Notes: generated by a model from the letters alone, not told the origin. A DNA stretch of 64,000 nucleotides from Geopsychrobacteraceae bacterium (GCA_963676795.2 CAXXTB010000001.1:1280001-1344000), one strand, 5' to 3'; numbered from the stretch's first letter, positions 7,532 through 18,914 are shown. Program-made: numbers and translations.

Positions 7532-8666
7532 GGAGCAGCTCGATATCGTCCTGATCGAACCCTTTCTGACCGGGTCTCACGCGGCCTGGGCCAGGGAACT
7601 GGCAGAAAACAGCCGCCATCGGATTGAAATCCTCGGGCTTGACGGGCGTTACTGGAAGTGGCGTATGCACGGCGGGGCGGTCGAACTGGCCGACAGGTTT
7701 CTGGCCCGGGAGCTGCGCCCGGATCTGCTTCTCGCCAGCGATATGCTTGACCTGTCCAGTTTTCTGGCTCTGACCCGTAGACAGACCGCCGCTCTCCCGG
7801 TGGCGCTCTATTTCCACGAGAATCAACTTTGTTACCCCTGGTCTCCCGATGATCGGGATGTCGCCCTCAAACGGGATGCGCATTACGCATTCATGAATTA
7901 TACCTCGGCGCTGGCGGCCGATGCGCTGCTGTTCAATTCTGCTTATCACCGGAACGCTTTGCTTGCTCAATTGCCTGAGTTTCTGAACGGCTTTCCTGAT
8001 TATCGCGGGCTTGGGAATGTCGCCAGAATTGCTGAAAAGGGGCGCGTGCTGCCGCTCGGGCTTGACCTGCGGGCCCTGGATGGTTTTCGGCCGGATGATG
8101 TGTCTGAGAATGAGGTGCCGCTGATTCTCTGGAATCACCGCTGGGAGTATGACAAGAACCCGGAGGAGTTTTTTCGGGCCCTTTACCTGCTGGCCGATGA
8201 GGGAATACCCTTTCAGTTGGCGGTTCTCGGGGAGGAATACCGCAAGACTCCGTCGGTTTTTACCGAGGCCCGTCAGCGCCTGAAAGATCAGATCGTTCAC
8301 TGGGGCTATGCCAAAAGCCGCAGCGATTATGCACGCTGGCTCTGGCGTGCCGACATCCTGCCGGTGACCTCTGTCCATGATTTCTTCGGTATCAGTGTTG
8401 TCGAAGCGATCTATTGTGGCTGCCTGCCGCTGTTGCCGAAGCGACTCGCCTATCCGGAACATCTGCCCGAAACCTTGGTCGAGAGCTGCAGCTATGATAC
8501 CTTTGACGGGCTGGTCAACAGATTGCGCCAGCACTGTCGCCATGAGGGGTTGCAGGCCGATCCCGCTTTGCGCGATCATGTCGCCAGGTATGACTGGCGA
8601 ACCATGGTGCTGCATTATGACCGATGTTTCAGCGAGCTGTTCGCGAGAGGCGCCAAACAAGCATAG
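7518..8666 (+). CDS. GT-B glycosyltransferase of the DUF3524 / GTDC1 (tRNA-queuosine alpha-mannosyltransferase-like) family
   Basis: IEPFLTGSH, WKWR, LYFHENQL, FNS, WNHRWEYDKNPE, HWGY, HDFFG..VEAIYCGC.P..LAYPE match GTDC1 motifs; GTG start overlaps the ispG end. Confidence 0.85.
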   Translation: MSKIEEQLDIVLIEPFLTGSHAAWARELAENSRHRIEILGLDGRYWKWRMHGGAVELADRFLARELRPDLLLASDMLDLSSFLALTRRQTAALPVALYFHENQLCYPWSPDDRDVALKRDAHYAFMNYTSALAADALLFNSAYHRNALLAQLPEFLNGFPDYRGLGNVARIAEKGRVLPLGLDLRALDGFRPDDVSENEVPLILWNHRWEYDKNPEEFFRALYLLADEGIPFQLAVLGEEYRKTPSVFTEARQRLKDQIVHWGYAKSRSDYARWLWRADILPVTSVHDFFGISVVEAIYCGCLPLLPKRLAYPEHLPETLVESCSYDTFDGLVNRLRQHCRHEGLQADPALRDHVARYDWRTMVLHYDRCFSELFARGAKQA

Positions 8667-8773
8667 CGGCTTGCTTTTCTGCGCAATTCAGGGTAGTTTT
8701 CTCTACCTCTGATTTCGACTTCAGGTTCAGGAACTTGTTGGCTTATTGGATAGGCCGACATTCATTCTGCTGG

Positions 8774-8933
8774 GAGCCTGTCGGGCTTTGCGGATCGTCG
8801 CGAAAAATCAGCTGGTTGAAAACAGATTTTCGACCGTTTGAGAGCGAATAGCCGTAGCTATTTGTCGAAAAGGGTCGGAAATATGGACCGATCAGATGGT
8901 TTGCAGCAGATGCATGTAAAGTCCGACAGGCTC
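8774..8933. mobile_element. 160-bp MITE-like element (or structured RNA) in the proS leader
   Basis: 18-bp terminal inverted repeats GAGCCTGTCGGGCTTTGC / GTAAAGTCCGACAGGCTC, flanked by CTGG and CTAG; no credible ORF. Confidence 0.6.
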
Positions 8934-8976
8934 CTAGTCCATATTTTTTTCGTAACCAGTAAACAGGAAGAATTTC

Positions 8977-10692
8977 ATGCGTTATTCCCAATATCTCTTG
9001 CCGACTCTCAAAGAGAATCCGGCGGATGCTGAAGTTGTCAGTCATCAGTTGATGACGCGTGCCGGTATGATTCGCAAGCTGGCCGCCGGAATTTACAATT
9101 ACATGCCGCTGGGGCTGCGCTCGATCCGCAAGATGGAGCAGATTATCCGCGAGGAGATGAACAGGGCCGGGGCCATCGAATGTCTCATGCCGATGGCCAA
9201 TCCCGCCGAGCTATGGCAGGAATCGGGACGCTGGGAAAAATACGGCAAGGAACTGCTCCGCTTCAAAGACCGCAAGGATACCGACTTCTGCGTCGGGCCG
9301 ACCCATGAGGAGGTTATCACCGATATCGTCCGTAATACGGTCAACTCCTATCGCCAGCTACCGCTCAATCTCTATCAGATCCAGACCAAGTTCCGTGATG
9401 AGATCCGCCCTCGTTTCGGCCTGATGCGCGGCCGTGAATTCATCATGAAGGATGCCTATTCCTTTGATCTCAACGATGAAGGTGCCGATGAGTCCTACCG
9501 CAAGATGTACCAGGCTTATCGCAATATCTTCACTCGTTGCGGTCTCAAGTTCCGTGCCGTCGAAGCCGACAGTGGCTCGATCGGCGGCAGCTTTTCCCAC
9601 GAATTCATGGTACTGGCCGAGTCGGGTGAGGACGGGATCGTCTCCTGTGATTCCTGTGAATACGCAGCCAATGTCGAGAAGGCGGAGCTGGTTTACCCTG
9701 GTCTGAAAACGCCGCAAGCCTCATCTGAACTGCAGAAGATCGAAACCCCGGATCAACGGACTATTGAAGAAGTTGCCGATTTTCTCAATATTGCTAAGCA
9801 GCAACTGGTCAAAACCCTGATCGTGCAGACCTCCGATGATGAGGTGGTCGCGGTGCTGCTGCGTGGCGACCGTGAACTCAACGAGATCAAACTGGCCAAC
9901 CTGCTGGGTGTTGACTGGGTGCTGATGGCTGAGGATGCGGTTGTCCGCGACGTGACCGGTGCCCCAACCGGGTTTGCCGGGCCGATCGGGCTCAAGGTGA
10001 AAATTATCGCTGATGCCGAAGTTCTCGGTATGGCGGATTTTGTCGTGGGCGGCAACGAAGTCGACGTCCATTTCCTCGCTGCCAATATCGGCCGTGATTT
10101 CGAGGTTGCCCAGTTCGCCGATATCCGTCAGGCGGTCGCCGGCGATAACTGTCCACGTTGTTCCGGCAAGCTGGAAAGCTGGCGGGGCATCGAGGTCGGC
10201 CATGTTTTCAAGCTGGGCACCAAATATTCCGAAGCCTTGAACGCCAGCGTGCTTGACGATCAGGGCAAGGCTGTTACGCTGGTCATGGGCTGTTACGGAA
10301 TCGGTGTCGGCCGGACTGTCGCTGCCGCCATCGAACAGAATCACGATGAGAACGGGATGATGTTGCCGATGCCTCTGGCACCGTTTCAGGTGACCGTGTT
10401 GATGCTCAATCCGAAAGACGACGAAGTGCGTAGTGCCTCCGAGTCGATCTATCAGCAGCTGACTGACGCCGGTGTCGAGGTGCTGCTCGACGATCGTAAC
10501 GAGCGCCCGGGGATCAAGTTCAAGGATGCCGATCTGGTCGGTATCCCACTGCGCATCACTGTCGGTGCCAAGACCCTGGCTGACGGGCTGGTTGAGCTTA
10601 AGGATCGGGCGACCGGTGAGGCGTCGACCGTTGCCCTCGGTGAGGTTGTTCAGCAGGTCAGCCAGATGGTTGCCGAGGCTATGCGGGCCTGA
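8977..10692 (+). CDS. proS: Proline--tRNA ligase (bacterial type with INS editing domain)
   Basis: [52 protein letters not shown]. Confidence 0.98.
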   Translation: MRYSQYLLPTLKENPADAEVVSHQLMTRAGMIRKLAAGIYNYMPLGLRSIRKMEQIIREEMNRAGAIECLMPMANPAELWQESGRWEKYGKELLRFKDRKDTDFCVGPTHEEVITDIVRNTVNSYRQLPLNLYQIQTKFRDEIRPRFGLMRGREFIMKDAYSFDLNDEGADESYRKMYQAYRNIFTRCGLKFRAVEADSGSIGGSFSHEFMVLAESGEDGIVSCDSCEYAANVEKAELVYPGLKTPQASSELQKIETPDQRTIEEVADFLNIAKQQLVKTLIVQTSDDEVVAVLLRGDRELNEIKLANLLGVDWVLMAEDAVVRDVTGAPTGFAGPIGLKVKIIADAEVLGMADFVVGGNEVDVHFLAANIGRDFEVAQFADIRQAVAGDNCPRCSGKLESWRGIEVGHVFKLGTKYSEALNASVLDDQGKAVTLVMGCYGIGVGRTVAAAIEQNHDENGMMLPMPLAPFQVTVLMLNPKDDEVRSASESIYQQLTDAGVEVLLDDRNERPGIKFKDADLVGIPLRITVGAKTLADGLVELKDRATGEASTVALGEVVQQVSQMVAEAMRA

Positions 10693-10795
10693 GATCCATC
10701 AGCCAGAGCGTTGGCATCCGTGTGCTGTGGCTGCCAACGCTCCGGCTGATTCTGTGAACTGTTGTTTGCAGCGGAATGACTGATAAAGACGGGCT

Positions 10796-12025
10796 ATGAG
10801 TGATTTCAGAATCAACAACAACAGCATAGGTCTGCCGGCTGACGTGGCCCAGTCTTTAGGGGCAGATGCGTTGCAGCTTATCTCCGCGTCTGAATCGCAC
10901 CTGCTGCTGGGTCGGCCGGACGCTGAGAACCCGATTCTCCTCAGTGGTATTCTGGAGGCCGGAGCGATCCCTGACCTGCTCTCCTATTTCAATATGTTTC
11001 GCAAGACCGGTCTTTTGCACATCGATCTGGAAGGTGGTGCCAAGGCGCTCTATTTTCAGGAGGGGGAGGTCGTCTTTGCGGCCAGTACCTTCGCTTCCGA
11101 AGATATCGGCGAGGTCCTGTTTGCTCTCGGCAAAGTTGAAAAAGAGCTGCTGCTGAAGCTGCGGGCACGGGTCAGCGCTTCGGTTACTCTGGGTAAATTG
11201 CTGGTTGAATACGGTGATGTGTCGCCCAGGGATCTGTGGCTGGCGGCGCGCAGCCAGGTCGAAAATATCGTTTACAATCTGTTTACCGCCCAGCGGGGCG
11301 GTTTTTATTTCCAGCAGAGAGCCATCGAGCTGGAGCAGATCGTCCGTCTGTCGATGAGTACCCAGAATCTGATCATGGAGGGGTTGCGACGGATGGATGA
11401 AAAGGCGCTGTTCATGCGCAAGATCTATTCTCTGGATCATTATCCTGTTGAAACCGGCAAGGCTCCGGTCAATCTGGGGCAGGGCGAGGCAAGGCTTCTG
11501 ACGCTGTGCCAGCCTGGGCTGCTGACCGTCCGGGATCTTCTGCGTAAGGCCGGGATGCTCGAGTTCGACGGTCTCCGCTTGCTCTACGGTCTGGTCGAGC
11601 AGAAATATGTCAAGATGGATGATGCCCCGACCACTGAGGTTGAGGGCACTCTGGGGGAGGTCCTGGCGACCTATAACGGCCTGTTGCGCTCCATTTTTGC
11701 GAAAATAGTCAAAGTGGATTCGGGCTTCTCTGGTGAGATGGTTGAGGCCTTGCGCGATATGCCTCAGCCCTATTCTTTTGTCTTGAGGGATGTCGAGCTG
11801 GCTGCAGACGGGACGCTGGACGGTTCCCGGATTGTGTCAAATCTCGACGGGCTCGAAGAGGGGGATAAGCAGAAACTGCTTGCCGATACCCTCTGTGAGG
11901 TCGTATTTATCGAAACCATGTTCATCCGGCGTGCGCTGGATGCTGAAGTTTCAAAACCACTGATTGCCAGGGTGCAGGATGTTACTGCGCGGATAAGAAA
12001 CCTGGTCGGGAGAGATACTGAATGA
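10796..12025 (+). CDS. DUF4388 (PATAN-like) domain protein
   Basis: SGIL..IPDLL..RKTGLLHI..LYFQEGEVVFA..IGEVL, GGFYF, LIMEGLRRMDE pattern; stop overlaps the pyrF start (ATGA). Confidence 0.7.
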   Translation: MSDFRINNNSIGLPADVAQSLGADALQLISASESHLLLGRPDAENPILLSGILEAGAIPDLLSYFNMFRKTGLLHIDLEGGAKALYFQEGEVVFAASTFASEDIGEVLFALGKVEKELLLKLRARVSASVTLGKLLVEYGDVSPRDLWLAARSQVENIVYNLFTAQRGGFYFQQRAIELEQIVRLSMSTQNLIMEGLRRMDEKALFMRKIYSLDHYPVETGKAPVNLGQGEARLLTLCQPGLLTVRDLLRKAGMLEFDGLRLLYGLVEQKYVKMDDAPTTEVEGTLGEVLATYNGLLRSIFAKIVKVDSGFSGEMVEALRDMPQPYSFVLRDVELAADGTLDGSRIVSNLDGLEEGDKQKLLADTLCEVVFIETMFIRRALDAEVSKPLIARVQDVTARIRNLVGRDTE

Positions 12026-12753
12026 GTCTGAGTGCCAAAGAAAGACTGATTTTTGCTCTGGATGTTGACAATTTTGACGCGGCACGGAAATGGGTTGAGA
12101 CCCTGCAGGAGAATGTTGGCGTCTTTAAAATTGGCAAGCAGCTGTTTACCCGCTGTGGGCCTGAGGTTGTCAGGATGGTCCACGACCATGGCGGTGAGGT
12201 CTTTCTTGATCTGAAATATCACGATATTCCCAACACTGTTGCAAAGGCTGCTGTTGAGGCCTGTAAAATGGGGGTCAAGATCTTCAACGTTCACGCTCTT
12301 GGCGGTGCGGAGATGATGGAAAGGACGGTTGCCGAGGTTGAGGCATACTGTGCGGCCAGCGGAGCCGAGAAGCCGCTCATGCTGGCGGTGACCATCCTGA
12401 CCTCGTCATCACAGGAGACCCTGCGTCAGGTCGGTATCGATCGACCGGTTGAGGAGATGGTTGTCCTTCTCGCCAGGCTGGCAAAGGCTTCCGGCTTCGG
12501 TGGTGTGGTGGCCTCAGCCCAGGAAGCAACGATGATCCGCGAGGCCTGTGGTCATGACTTTGCGATCGTGACTCCGGGTGTAAGGCCGAGTTTTGCCGCT
12601 GCTGACGATCAGAAGCGGATTATGACGCCGGCTCTGGCGATCGCCGCAGGAGCGACTTCGCTGGTTATTGGCCGACCGATCTCGGCTGCTGCCGACCCTC
12701 TGGCTGCTGCCGGGCTGATTCTGGCCGAGATCGAGGCGGCGCTGGAGAGCTGA
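12022..12753 (+). CDS. pyrF: Orotidine-5'-phosphate decarboxylase
   Basis: LIFALD, FLDLKYHDIPNTV, VTILTS, VTPGVR, VIGRPI. Confidence 0.97.
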   Translation: MSLSAKERLIFALDVDNFDAARKWVETLQENVGVFKIGKQLFTRCGPEVVRMVHDHGGEVFLDLKYHDIPNTVAKAAVEACKMGVKIFNVHALGGAEMMERTVAEVEAYCAASGAEKPLMLAVTILTSSSQETLRQVGIDRPVEEMVVLLARLAKASGFGGVVASAQEATMIREACGHDFAIVTPGVRPSFAAADDQKRIMTPALAIAAGATSLVIGRPISAAADPLAAAGLILAEIEAALES

Positions 12754-13508
12754 TGGCAGATTTTCTTTACGGCATTAATCCGGTGAGGGAGGCCCTGTCT
12801 TCCGGTGAAGGGCGCAAGCCGACCCAGCTCTGTCTGGTCAGGGGGGAGAATAACGCACGTCTGCGTGAGATCGCGGAGATTGCCGAGGGCAGTAAGCTGC
12901 CGGTGCGGTTGATGACTCGTCAGGAGCTGGATAAGCTGGCCGGGCACAGTCATCATCAAGGGGTGTTGCTGAAGCTGACCCCCTTTGAATACGTCGACCT
13001 GGATGATCTGCTGACGTTTTGGCGCCAATCGCAGCGCTCTGCATTTATTGTGCTTCTTGACGGCATAACCGATCCGCATAATTTCGGGGCGATTCTGCGC
13101 ACTGCTGAAGTGGCGGGCTGTCATGGCGTCATTGTCGCCAAGGACCGTTCCTGCCCGGTGACTCCTGTTGTCGAGAAAACGGCGGCTGGCGCTTTGTCCT
13201 ATCTGCCCCTCTGTCAGGTGACCAATCTGTCCCGGGCGCTTGAGGACCTCAAGGCGGCCGGTATCTGGTGCTACGGTCTGGCTGGTGATGAGGGGAGCTC
13301 GGATCTTTACAGCGCCGATCTGGGCGGGGATGTCGCCATTGTTGTCGGGAGTGAAGGGAAGGGCTTGAGGCCGAATATCCGCAAGCATTGCGACGCACTG
13401 CTGGCGATACCTATGGGGGGACAGGTCGGTTCCTTGAATGCATCGGTTGCCGCTGGCGTGGCTCTGTTTGAAGTTGTCCGCCAGAAGAGCTCGCGGGGTA
13501 TTCAATAA
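12753..13508 (+). CDS. rlmB: 23S rRNA Gm2251 methyltransferase (SPOUT/TrmH family)
   Basis: YGINPV, HQGV, LDGITDPHNFGAILR, GSEGKG, IPM..SLNASVA. Confidence 0.93.
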   Translation: MADFLYGINPVREALSSGEGRKPTQLCLVRGENNARLREIAEIAEGSKLPVRLMTRQELDKLAGHSHHQGVLLKLTPFEYVDLDDLLTFWRQSQRSAFIVLLDGITDPHNFGAILRTAEVAGCHGVIVAKDRSCPVTPVVEKTAAGALSYLPLCQVTNLSRALEDLKAAGIWCYGLAGDEGSSDLYSADLGGDVAIVVGSEGKGLRPNIRKHCDALLAIPMGGQVGSLNASVAAGVALFEVVRQKSSRGIQ

Positions 13509-13534
13509 AAGTTCTTTTTGTGTGATTGTTTGTC

Positions 13535-13563
13535 TTGACATTGGCGCCAATGTGAAATATAAA
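13535..13563 (+). promoter_or_regulatory. Upstream (P1-like) promoter of the tRNA-tuf operon
   Basis: TTGACA-N17-TATAAA. Confidence 0.7.
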
Positions 13564-13626
13564 CCAGCGCTGCTGATGGATTGACATCGTCACTTGTCAG
13601 GCGGGTCGAAAAAGAGATTTTTTTTC

Positions 13627-13655
13627 TTGCAATCACGATCCTCATGGGGTATAAG
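13627..13655 (+). promoter_or_regulatory. Downstream (P2-like) promoter of the tRNA-tuf operon
   Basis: TTGCAA-N17-TATAAG preceded by an A/T tract (UP-like), 11 nt before tRNA-Thr. Confidence 0.65.
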
Positions 13656-13666
13656 TCCCGACCTGT

Positions 13667-13742
<76 letters not shown>

Positions 13743-13797
13743 GTTATGACTGGGAAGAGTGAAGCTCTTTAAGAATATGATTAGATAAGGTTCCCCT

Positions 13798-13882
<85 letters not shown>

Positions 13883-13996
13883 TTTAGAATCTTGCCGGAT
13901 AGGGCAGGTCCTCGGACGATCAGGAGGCGTTAGCCGATGTACTGACTAAGGGGTTTGCCAGGTCCATGTGTCACGCAAAATAGCGGTAGAGTTTGG

Positions 13997-14073
13997 GCGG
14001 GAGTAGCTCAGCTGGCTAGAGCATTAGCCTTCCAAGCTAAGGGTCGCGGGTTCGAATCCCGTTTCCCGCTCCA
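13997..14073 (+). tRNA. tRNA-Gly(TCC)
   Basis: GCGGGAG acceptor, TTAGC-CTTCCAA-GCTAA anticodon arm, CCA end. Confidence 0.97.
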
Positions 14074-14104
14074 TTTTAATGACTTGCCGCGACAAAAGAA
14101 GTAT

Positions 14105-14180
<76 letters not shown>

Positions 14181-14299
14181 TTTGTTTTAGTGGAGTGTTT
14201 CTGTTTTTTGTGTAGGCTGTTAAGGTAACTTTATTTTTTACCAGGCGTATCAGGCGAAATACGAACCAATCAGACGAAAGATTATAAGGAGGTTCTCCA

Positions 14300-15490
<1,191 letters not shown>

Positions 15491-15519
15491 GCGGTAACGA
15501 ATAGGAATTAACGGAATAC

Positions 15520-15548
15520 ACCCTCCCGGCTTCGGCCGGGAGGGTTTT
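15520..15548 (+). terminator. Terminator/attenuator hairpin after tuf copy 1
   Basis: ACCCTCCCGGC-TTCG-GCCGGGAGGGT followed by TTT. Confidence 0.7.
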
Positions 15549-15561
15549 GTGAGGTAATTGT

Positions 15562-15711
15562 ATGCGTGACATCGTCACTCTTGCCTGCACTGAGTGCAAG
15601 CAGCGTAATTATACGACTACGAAGAACAAGAAAAATACTCCGGATAAATTGGAGTTCAATAAGTACTGCCGCTTTTGCCGTAAGCATACTCCGCACAAGG
15701 AGACCAAGTAG
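15562..15711 (+). CDS. rpmG: 50S ribosomal protein L33 (Zn-ribbon type)
   Basis: Translated by eye: [49 protein letters not shown]; below the ORF-track length cutoff. Confidence 0.97.
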   Translation: MRDIVTLACTECKQRNYTTTKNKKNTPDKLEFNKYCRFCRKHTPHKETK

Positions 15712-15729
15712 GCAGTGGGTTTGTAATGT

Positions 15730-15806
15730 AGGCCAGTAGCTCTAACGGCTAGAGCACCGGACTCCAAATCCGGGTGTTGGGGGTTCGAATCCCTCCTGGC
15801 CTGCCA
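15730..15806 (+). tRNA. tRNA-Trp(CCA)
   Basis: AGGCCAG acceptor, CCGGA-CTCCAAA-TCCGG anticodon arm, CCA end. Confidence 0.97.
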
Positions 15807-15837
15807 AATTTAAGTCACACCTCCATGGGGCCGATAA

Positions 15838-16023
15838 ATGTCTGTGAAAGCAACTGAGTTTCTGACAAACGTTAAGTCAGAGCTGAAGAAGGTAACCTGG
15901 CCGTCGAAAAAAGATACCTATGGTTCGACGGTGATTGTTATTGCTCTCGTTCTAGTTTGTGCGGTCTATTTTGGGGTTGTTGATATTATTCTATCGCGCC
16001 TTATCCGCCTGGTCCTCGGCTGA
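15838..16023 (+). CDS. secE: Preprotein translocase subunit SecE
   Basis: ELKKVTWPS motif plus one TM helix; synteny. Confidence 0.96.
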   Translation: MSVKATEFLTNVKSELKKVTWPSKKDTYGSTVIVIALVLVCAVYFGVVDIILSRLIRLVLG

Positions 16024-16042
16024 GGAGGGAAGGTCATAACGC

Positions 16043-16576
16043 ATGGCGATGAAATGGTATGGAGTCCATACCTACTCAGGGTATGAAAATAAAGTTAAGT
16101 TAAATCTCGAGGAACGTATTCGTTCGATGGGTGTGGAAGATCAGTTTGAGGAGATTCTGATACCTTCCGAAACGGTCATCGAGATGAGGAAAGGTGAGCG
16201 TAAGACATCGACACGCAAGTTCTTTCCTGGCTACATTCTGGTCAAGATGGAATTGAACGACGAGACCTGGCACGTCGTCACCGGTACGGCAAAGGTGACC
16301 GGTTTTGTCGGTGGTGGTCAAAATCCACCGTCGATTCCAGAGGATGAAGTTGCAAAAATCACCAACCGTATGGAGGAGGGTGTCGAAAAGCCCAAGCCAA
16401 AGGTTGAGTTTGAGGTTGGTGAGACAGTTCGAGTTGTTGATGGTCCTTTCCTGAACTTCACCGGTATTGTTGAAGATGTCAGGCCGGATCGCGGGACCTT
16501 GAAGGTTATGGTCAGTATCTTCGGTCGGGTTACGCCGGTCGAGCTAGAGTTTATTCAGGTCGAAAAGACAAGCTGA
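16043..16576 (+). CDS. nusG: Transcription termination/antitermination factor NusG
   Basis: [21 protein letters not shown] motif. Confidence 0.98.
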   Translation: MAMKWYGVHTYSGYENKVKLNLEERIRSMGVEDQFEEILIPSETVIEMRKGERKTSTRKFFPGYILVKMELNDETWHVVTGTAKVTGFVGGGQNPPSIPEDEVAKITNRMEEGVEKPKPKVEFEVGETVRVVDGPFLNFTGIVEDVRPDRGTLKVMVSIFGRVTPVELEFIQVEKTS

Positions 16577-16614
16577 TCTGTCTTTGATCAGAATGTTCGT
16601 TTAAGGAGTCAGAA

Positions 16615-17037
16615 ATGGCCAAAAAAGTAGTTGGACAGATTAAATTGCAGATTCCGGCAGGCAAAGCTAACCCTTCGCCTCCAGTTGGTCCCGCGCTCGG
16701 TCAGCACGGTGTCAACATTATGGAATTCTGTAAGGCGTACAACGCGAAAACTGCAGATCAGGAAGGTCTGATCATTCCTGTAGTTATTACCGTTTATGCA
16801 GACCGTTCCTTTACCTTTATCACCAAAACCCCACCAGCATCTGTTCTGTTGCTGCGTGCTGCCGGCCTCAAGAGCGGTTCCGGCGTACCGAACAAGAACA
16901 AGGTCGGTAAGGTGAGCAAGGATCAGGTTCTTGAAATCGCGCGTCTGAAAATGCCGGATCTGAATGCGTTTTCGGAAGAAGCAGCTGTACGTATCATCGA
17001 AGGTACCGCTCGTAGCATGGGAATTGAAGTCGCCTAA
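16615..17037 (+). CDS. rplK: 50S ribosomal protein L11
   Basis: [19 protein letters not shown]. Confidence 0.98.
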   Translation: MAKKVVGQIKLQIPAGKANPSPPVGPALGQHGVNIMEFCKAYNAKTADQEGLIIPVVITVYADRSFTFITKTPPASVLLLRAAGLKSGSGVPNKNKVGKVSKDQVLEIARLKMPDLNAFSEEAAVRIIEGTARSMGIEVA

Positions 17038-17060
17038 GCGGCGAGTAGTGGAGATAAGAG

Positions 17061-17762
17061 ATGGCAGCAGGTAAAAATATCAAAAAAGCAAAAGAGTTGG
17101 TAGACCGCTCTCGCCTCTATACCCTTGACGAAGCGCTTGACTTGGTAAAGCAAGGTGCCTTTGCTAAGTTCGACGAAACTGTCGACGTCAGCGTACGTCT
17201 TGGTGTTGACCCGCGTAAGGCGGATCAGATGGTGCGCGGCGCAGTTGTTCTGCCGAACGGTCTGGGTAAGTCAGTTCGCGTTCTGGTCTTTGCCAAGGGT
17301 CCTAAGGCTCAGGAGGCTGAAGCGGCTGGTGCTGACTACGTTGGTGCCGAAGACCTGGCTGAAAAGATCCAGGGTGGCTGGTTCGATTTCGATACCGCTA
17401 TTGCGTCTCCGGACATGATGGGTGTTGTCGGTAAGATCGGTCGTCTGCTCGGTCCACGTGGTCTGATGCCGAACCCTAAGGTCGGTACCGTCACTCTGGA
17501 CGTTGCGAGGGCCGTCGAGGAAGCCAAGTCGGGTAAGATCGAGTACCGTGTTGAAAAAGCGGGTATCGTGCATGCTCCGGTTGGTAAGGTCTCCTTTGAT
17601 GCTGAGAAGCTCAAGGAAAACATCCTCTCGCTGGTAGATGTTCTGGTCAAGGCCAAGCCTTCGACCGCAAAAGGCACTTACCTGAAGAAGGTTTGCCTGT
17701 CCAGCACCATGGGTGCAGGCATCAATATTGATATTCCACAACTGCAAACACTGCTGAAGTAA
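17061..17762 (+). CDS. rplA: 50S ribosomal protein L1
   Basis: [23 protein letters not shown]. Confidence 0.98.
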   Translation: MAAGKNIKKAKELVDRSRLYTLDEALDLVKQGAFAKFDETVDVSVRLGVDPRKADQMVRGAVVLPNGLGKSVRVLVFAKGPKAQEAEAAGADYVGAEDLAEKIQGGWFDFDTAIASPDMMGVVGKIGRLLGPRGLMPNPKVGTVTLDVARAVEEAKSGKIEYRVEKAGIVHAPVGKVSFDAEKLKENILSLVDVLVKAKPSTAKGTYLKKVCLSSTMGAGINIDIPQLQTLLK

Positions 17763-17787
17763 TCTTCAGCAGTGTCTACAACTACTC

Positions 17788-17920
17788 TAAGTCAAAGACA
17801 GCAGGCATGCTTTTATAGCATTTAATGGTTTCCACCTGCCGAGGCTTGAAGGGTCTGGTGACGACAATGTCGTTCTCCTTCAATTTGACTTGGACGGGGC
17901 CTGAGGCCCCAAGACTATTG
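17788..17920 (+). promoter_or_regulatory. Ribosomal protein L10 leader (autogenous control RNA)
   Basis: AAGACAGCAGG...TTAA...CCTGCCGAGG core upstream of rplJ; 3' boundary approximate. Confidence 0.8.
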
Positions 17921-17939
17921 AAGAAAGGAGGATGACTAG

Positions 17940-18458
17940 ATGAACAGAACAGAGAAAGAGCAAATTGTTCAGGAATTGTCGCAGCGCCTTCAAGAAGCCT
18001 CAGCTGCATTTCTGGCGGATTATCGTGGTATCAACGTCGATCAGGCGACCCAGCTTCGTCGTGAGCTGACCGCTGCTGGCGTTGAATATCGCGTTGTCAA
18101 AAACAACCTGTTAAAACTTGCTGCACAAGGCACCCCTGCTGAAAGTCTGCAGGATTACTGTGCCGGTCCGACCGCGATTGCGTTTGCCGGTGCCGATCCT
18201 GTTGCACCTGCAAAAATTCTGACCAAATTTGCTAAAGATGTTGAAAAGTTCGAACTCAAAGCAGCCGTTTTAAGTGGCAAGTCGATTACTGTCGCTGAAA
18301 TCGGTGCGCTGGCGAATATGCCAAGCCGTGAAGAACTTATCGCCAAGGCACTGGGTTCAATGAATGCTCCGGTTACCAACTTTGTTGGTACTCTGGCTGC
18401 AATTCCACGCTCCCTGGTTCAGGTGCTCAACGCAATTGCGCAGAGCAAAGCAGCATAA
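17940..18458 (+). CDS. rplJ: 50S ribosomal protein L10
   Basis: DYRG, VVKNNL, GPTAIAF, MPSREEL. Confidence 0.97.
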   Translation: MNRTEKEQIVQELSQRLQEASAAFLADYRGINVDQATQLRRELTAAGVEYRVVKNNLLKLAAQGTPAESLQDYCAGPTAIAFAGADPVAPAKILTKFAKDVEKFELKAAVLSGKSITVAEIGALANMPSREELIAKALGSMNAPVTNFVGTLAAIPRSLVQVLNAIAQSKAA

Positions 18459-18506
18459 CTATCATTTATCAGTAAACTAAGTTAAAATATCCGTTTGGAG
18501 GAAAAA

Positions 18507-18890
18507 ATGGCTGACGTAACTAAAGAGCAAATTGTAGAAGCTTTGAAAAACATGACCGTTCTCGAACTCTCCGAGTTTGTTAAGGAACTGGAAGAAATCT
18601 TCGGCGTTTCCGCAGCAGCCCCTGTTGCTGTTGCTGCTGCTCCGGCTGCTGGTGGCGAAGCTGCCGCTGCTGAGGAAAAAGACGAATTTGATGTTGTCCT
18701 GGCTTCCGCTGGCGACAAGAAAATCAACGTTATCAAGGTTGTTCGTGCACTGACCGGTCTGGGTCTGAAAGAAGCTAAAGACCTCGTCGACGGCGCACCT
18801 AACACCGTCAAGGAAGCTGCTTCCAAAGCAGAAGCTGAAGACATGAAGAAGCAGCTCGAAGAAGCTGGTGCTTCCGTGGAGCTGAAATAG
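18507..18890 (+). CDS. rplL: 50S ribosomal protein L7/L12
   Basis: [32 protein letters not shown] after GGAGG. Confidence 0.98.
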   Translation: MADVTKEQIVEALKNMTVLELSEFVKELEEIFGVSAAAPVAVAAAPAAGGEAAAAEEKDEFDVVLASAGDKKINVIKVVRALTGLGLKEAKDLVDGAPNTVKEAASKAEAEDMKKQLEEAGASVELK

Positions 18891-18914
18891 AGCGTTCCTT
18901 ACAGATAATGAAAT

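Noticed and set aside
8667..8976. T-box riboswitch or 6S RNA upstream of proS
   Set aside because: No T-box GGTGGNACCGCG antiterminator motif or terminator is visible. The inner fold is multibranched rather than the 6S rod with central bubble, and TIR plus CTAG flanks fit a MITE better. An Rfam scan would settle it.
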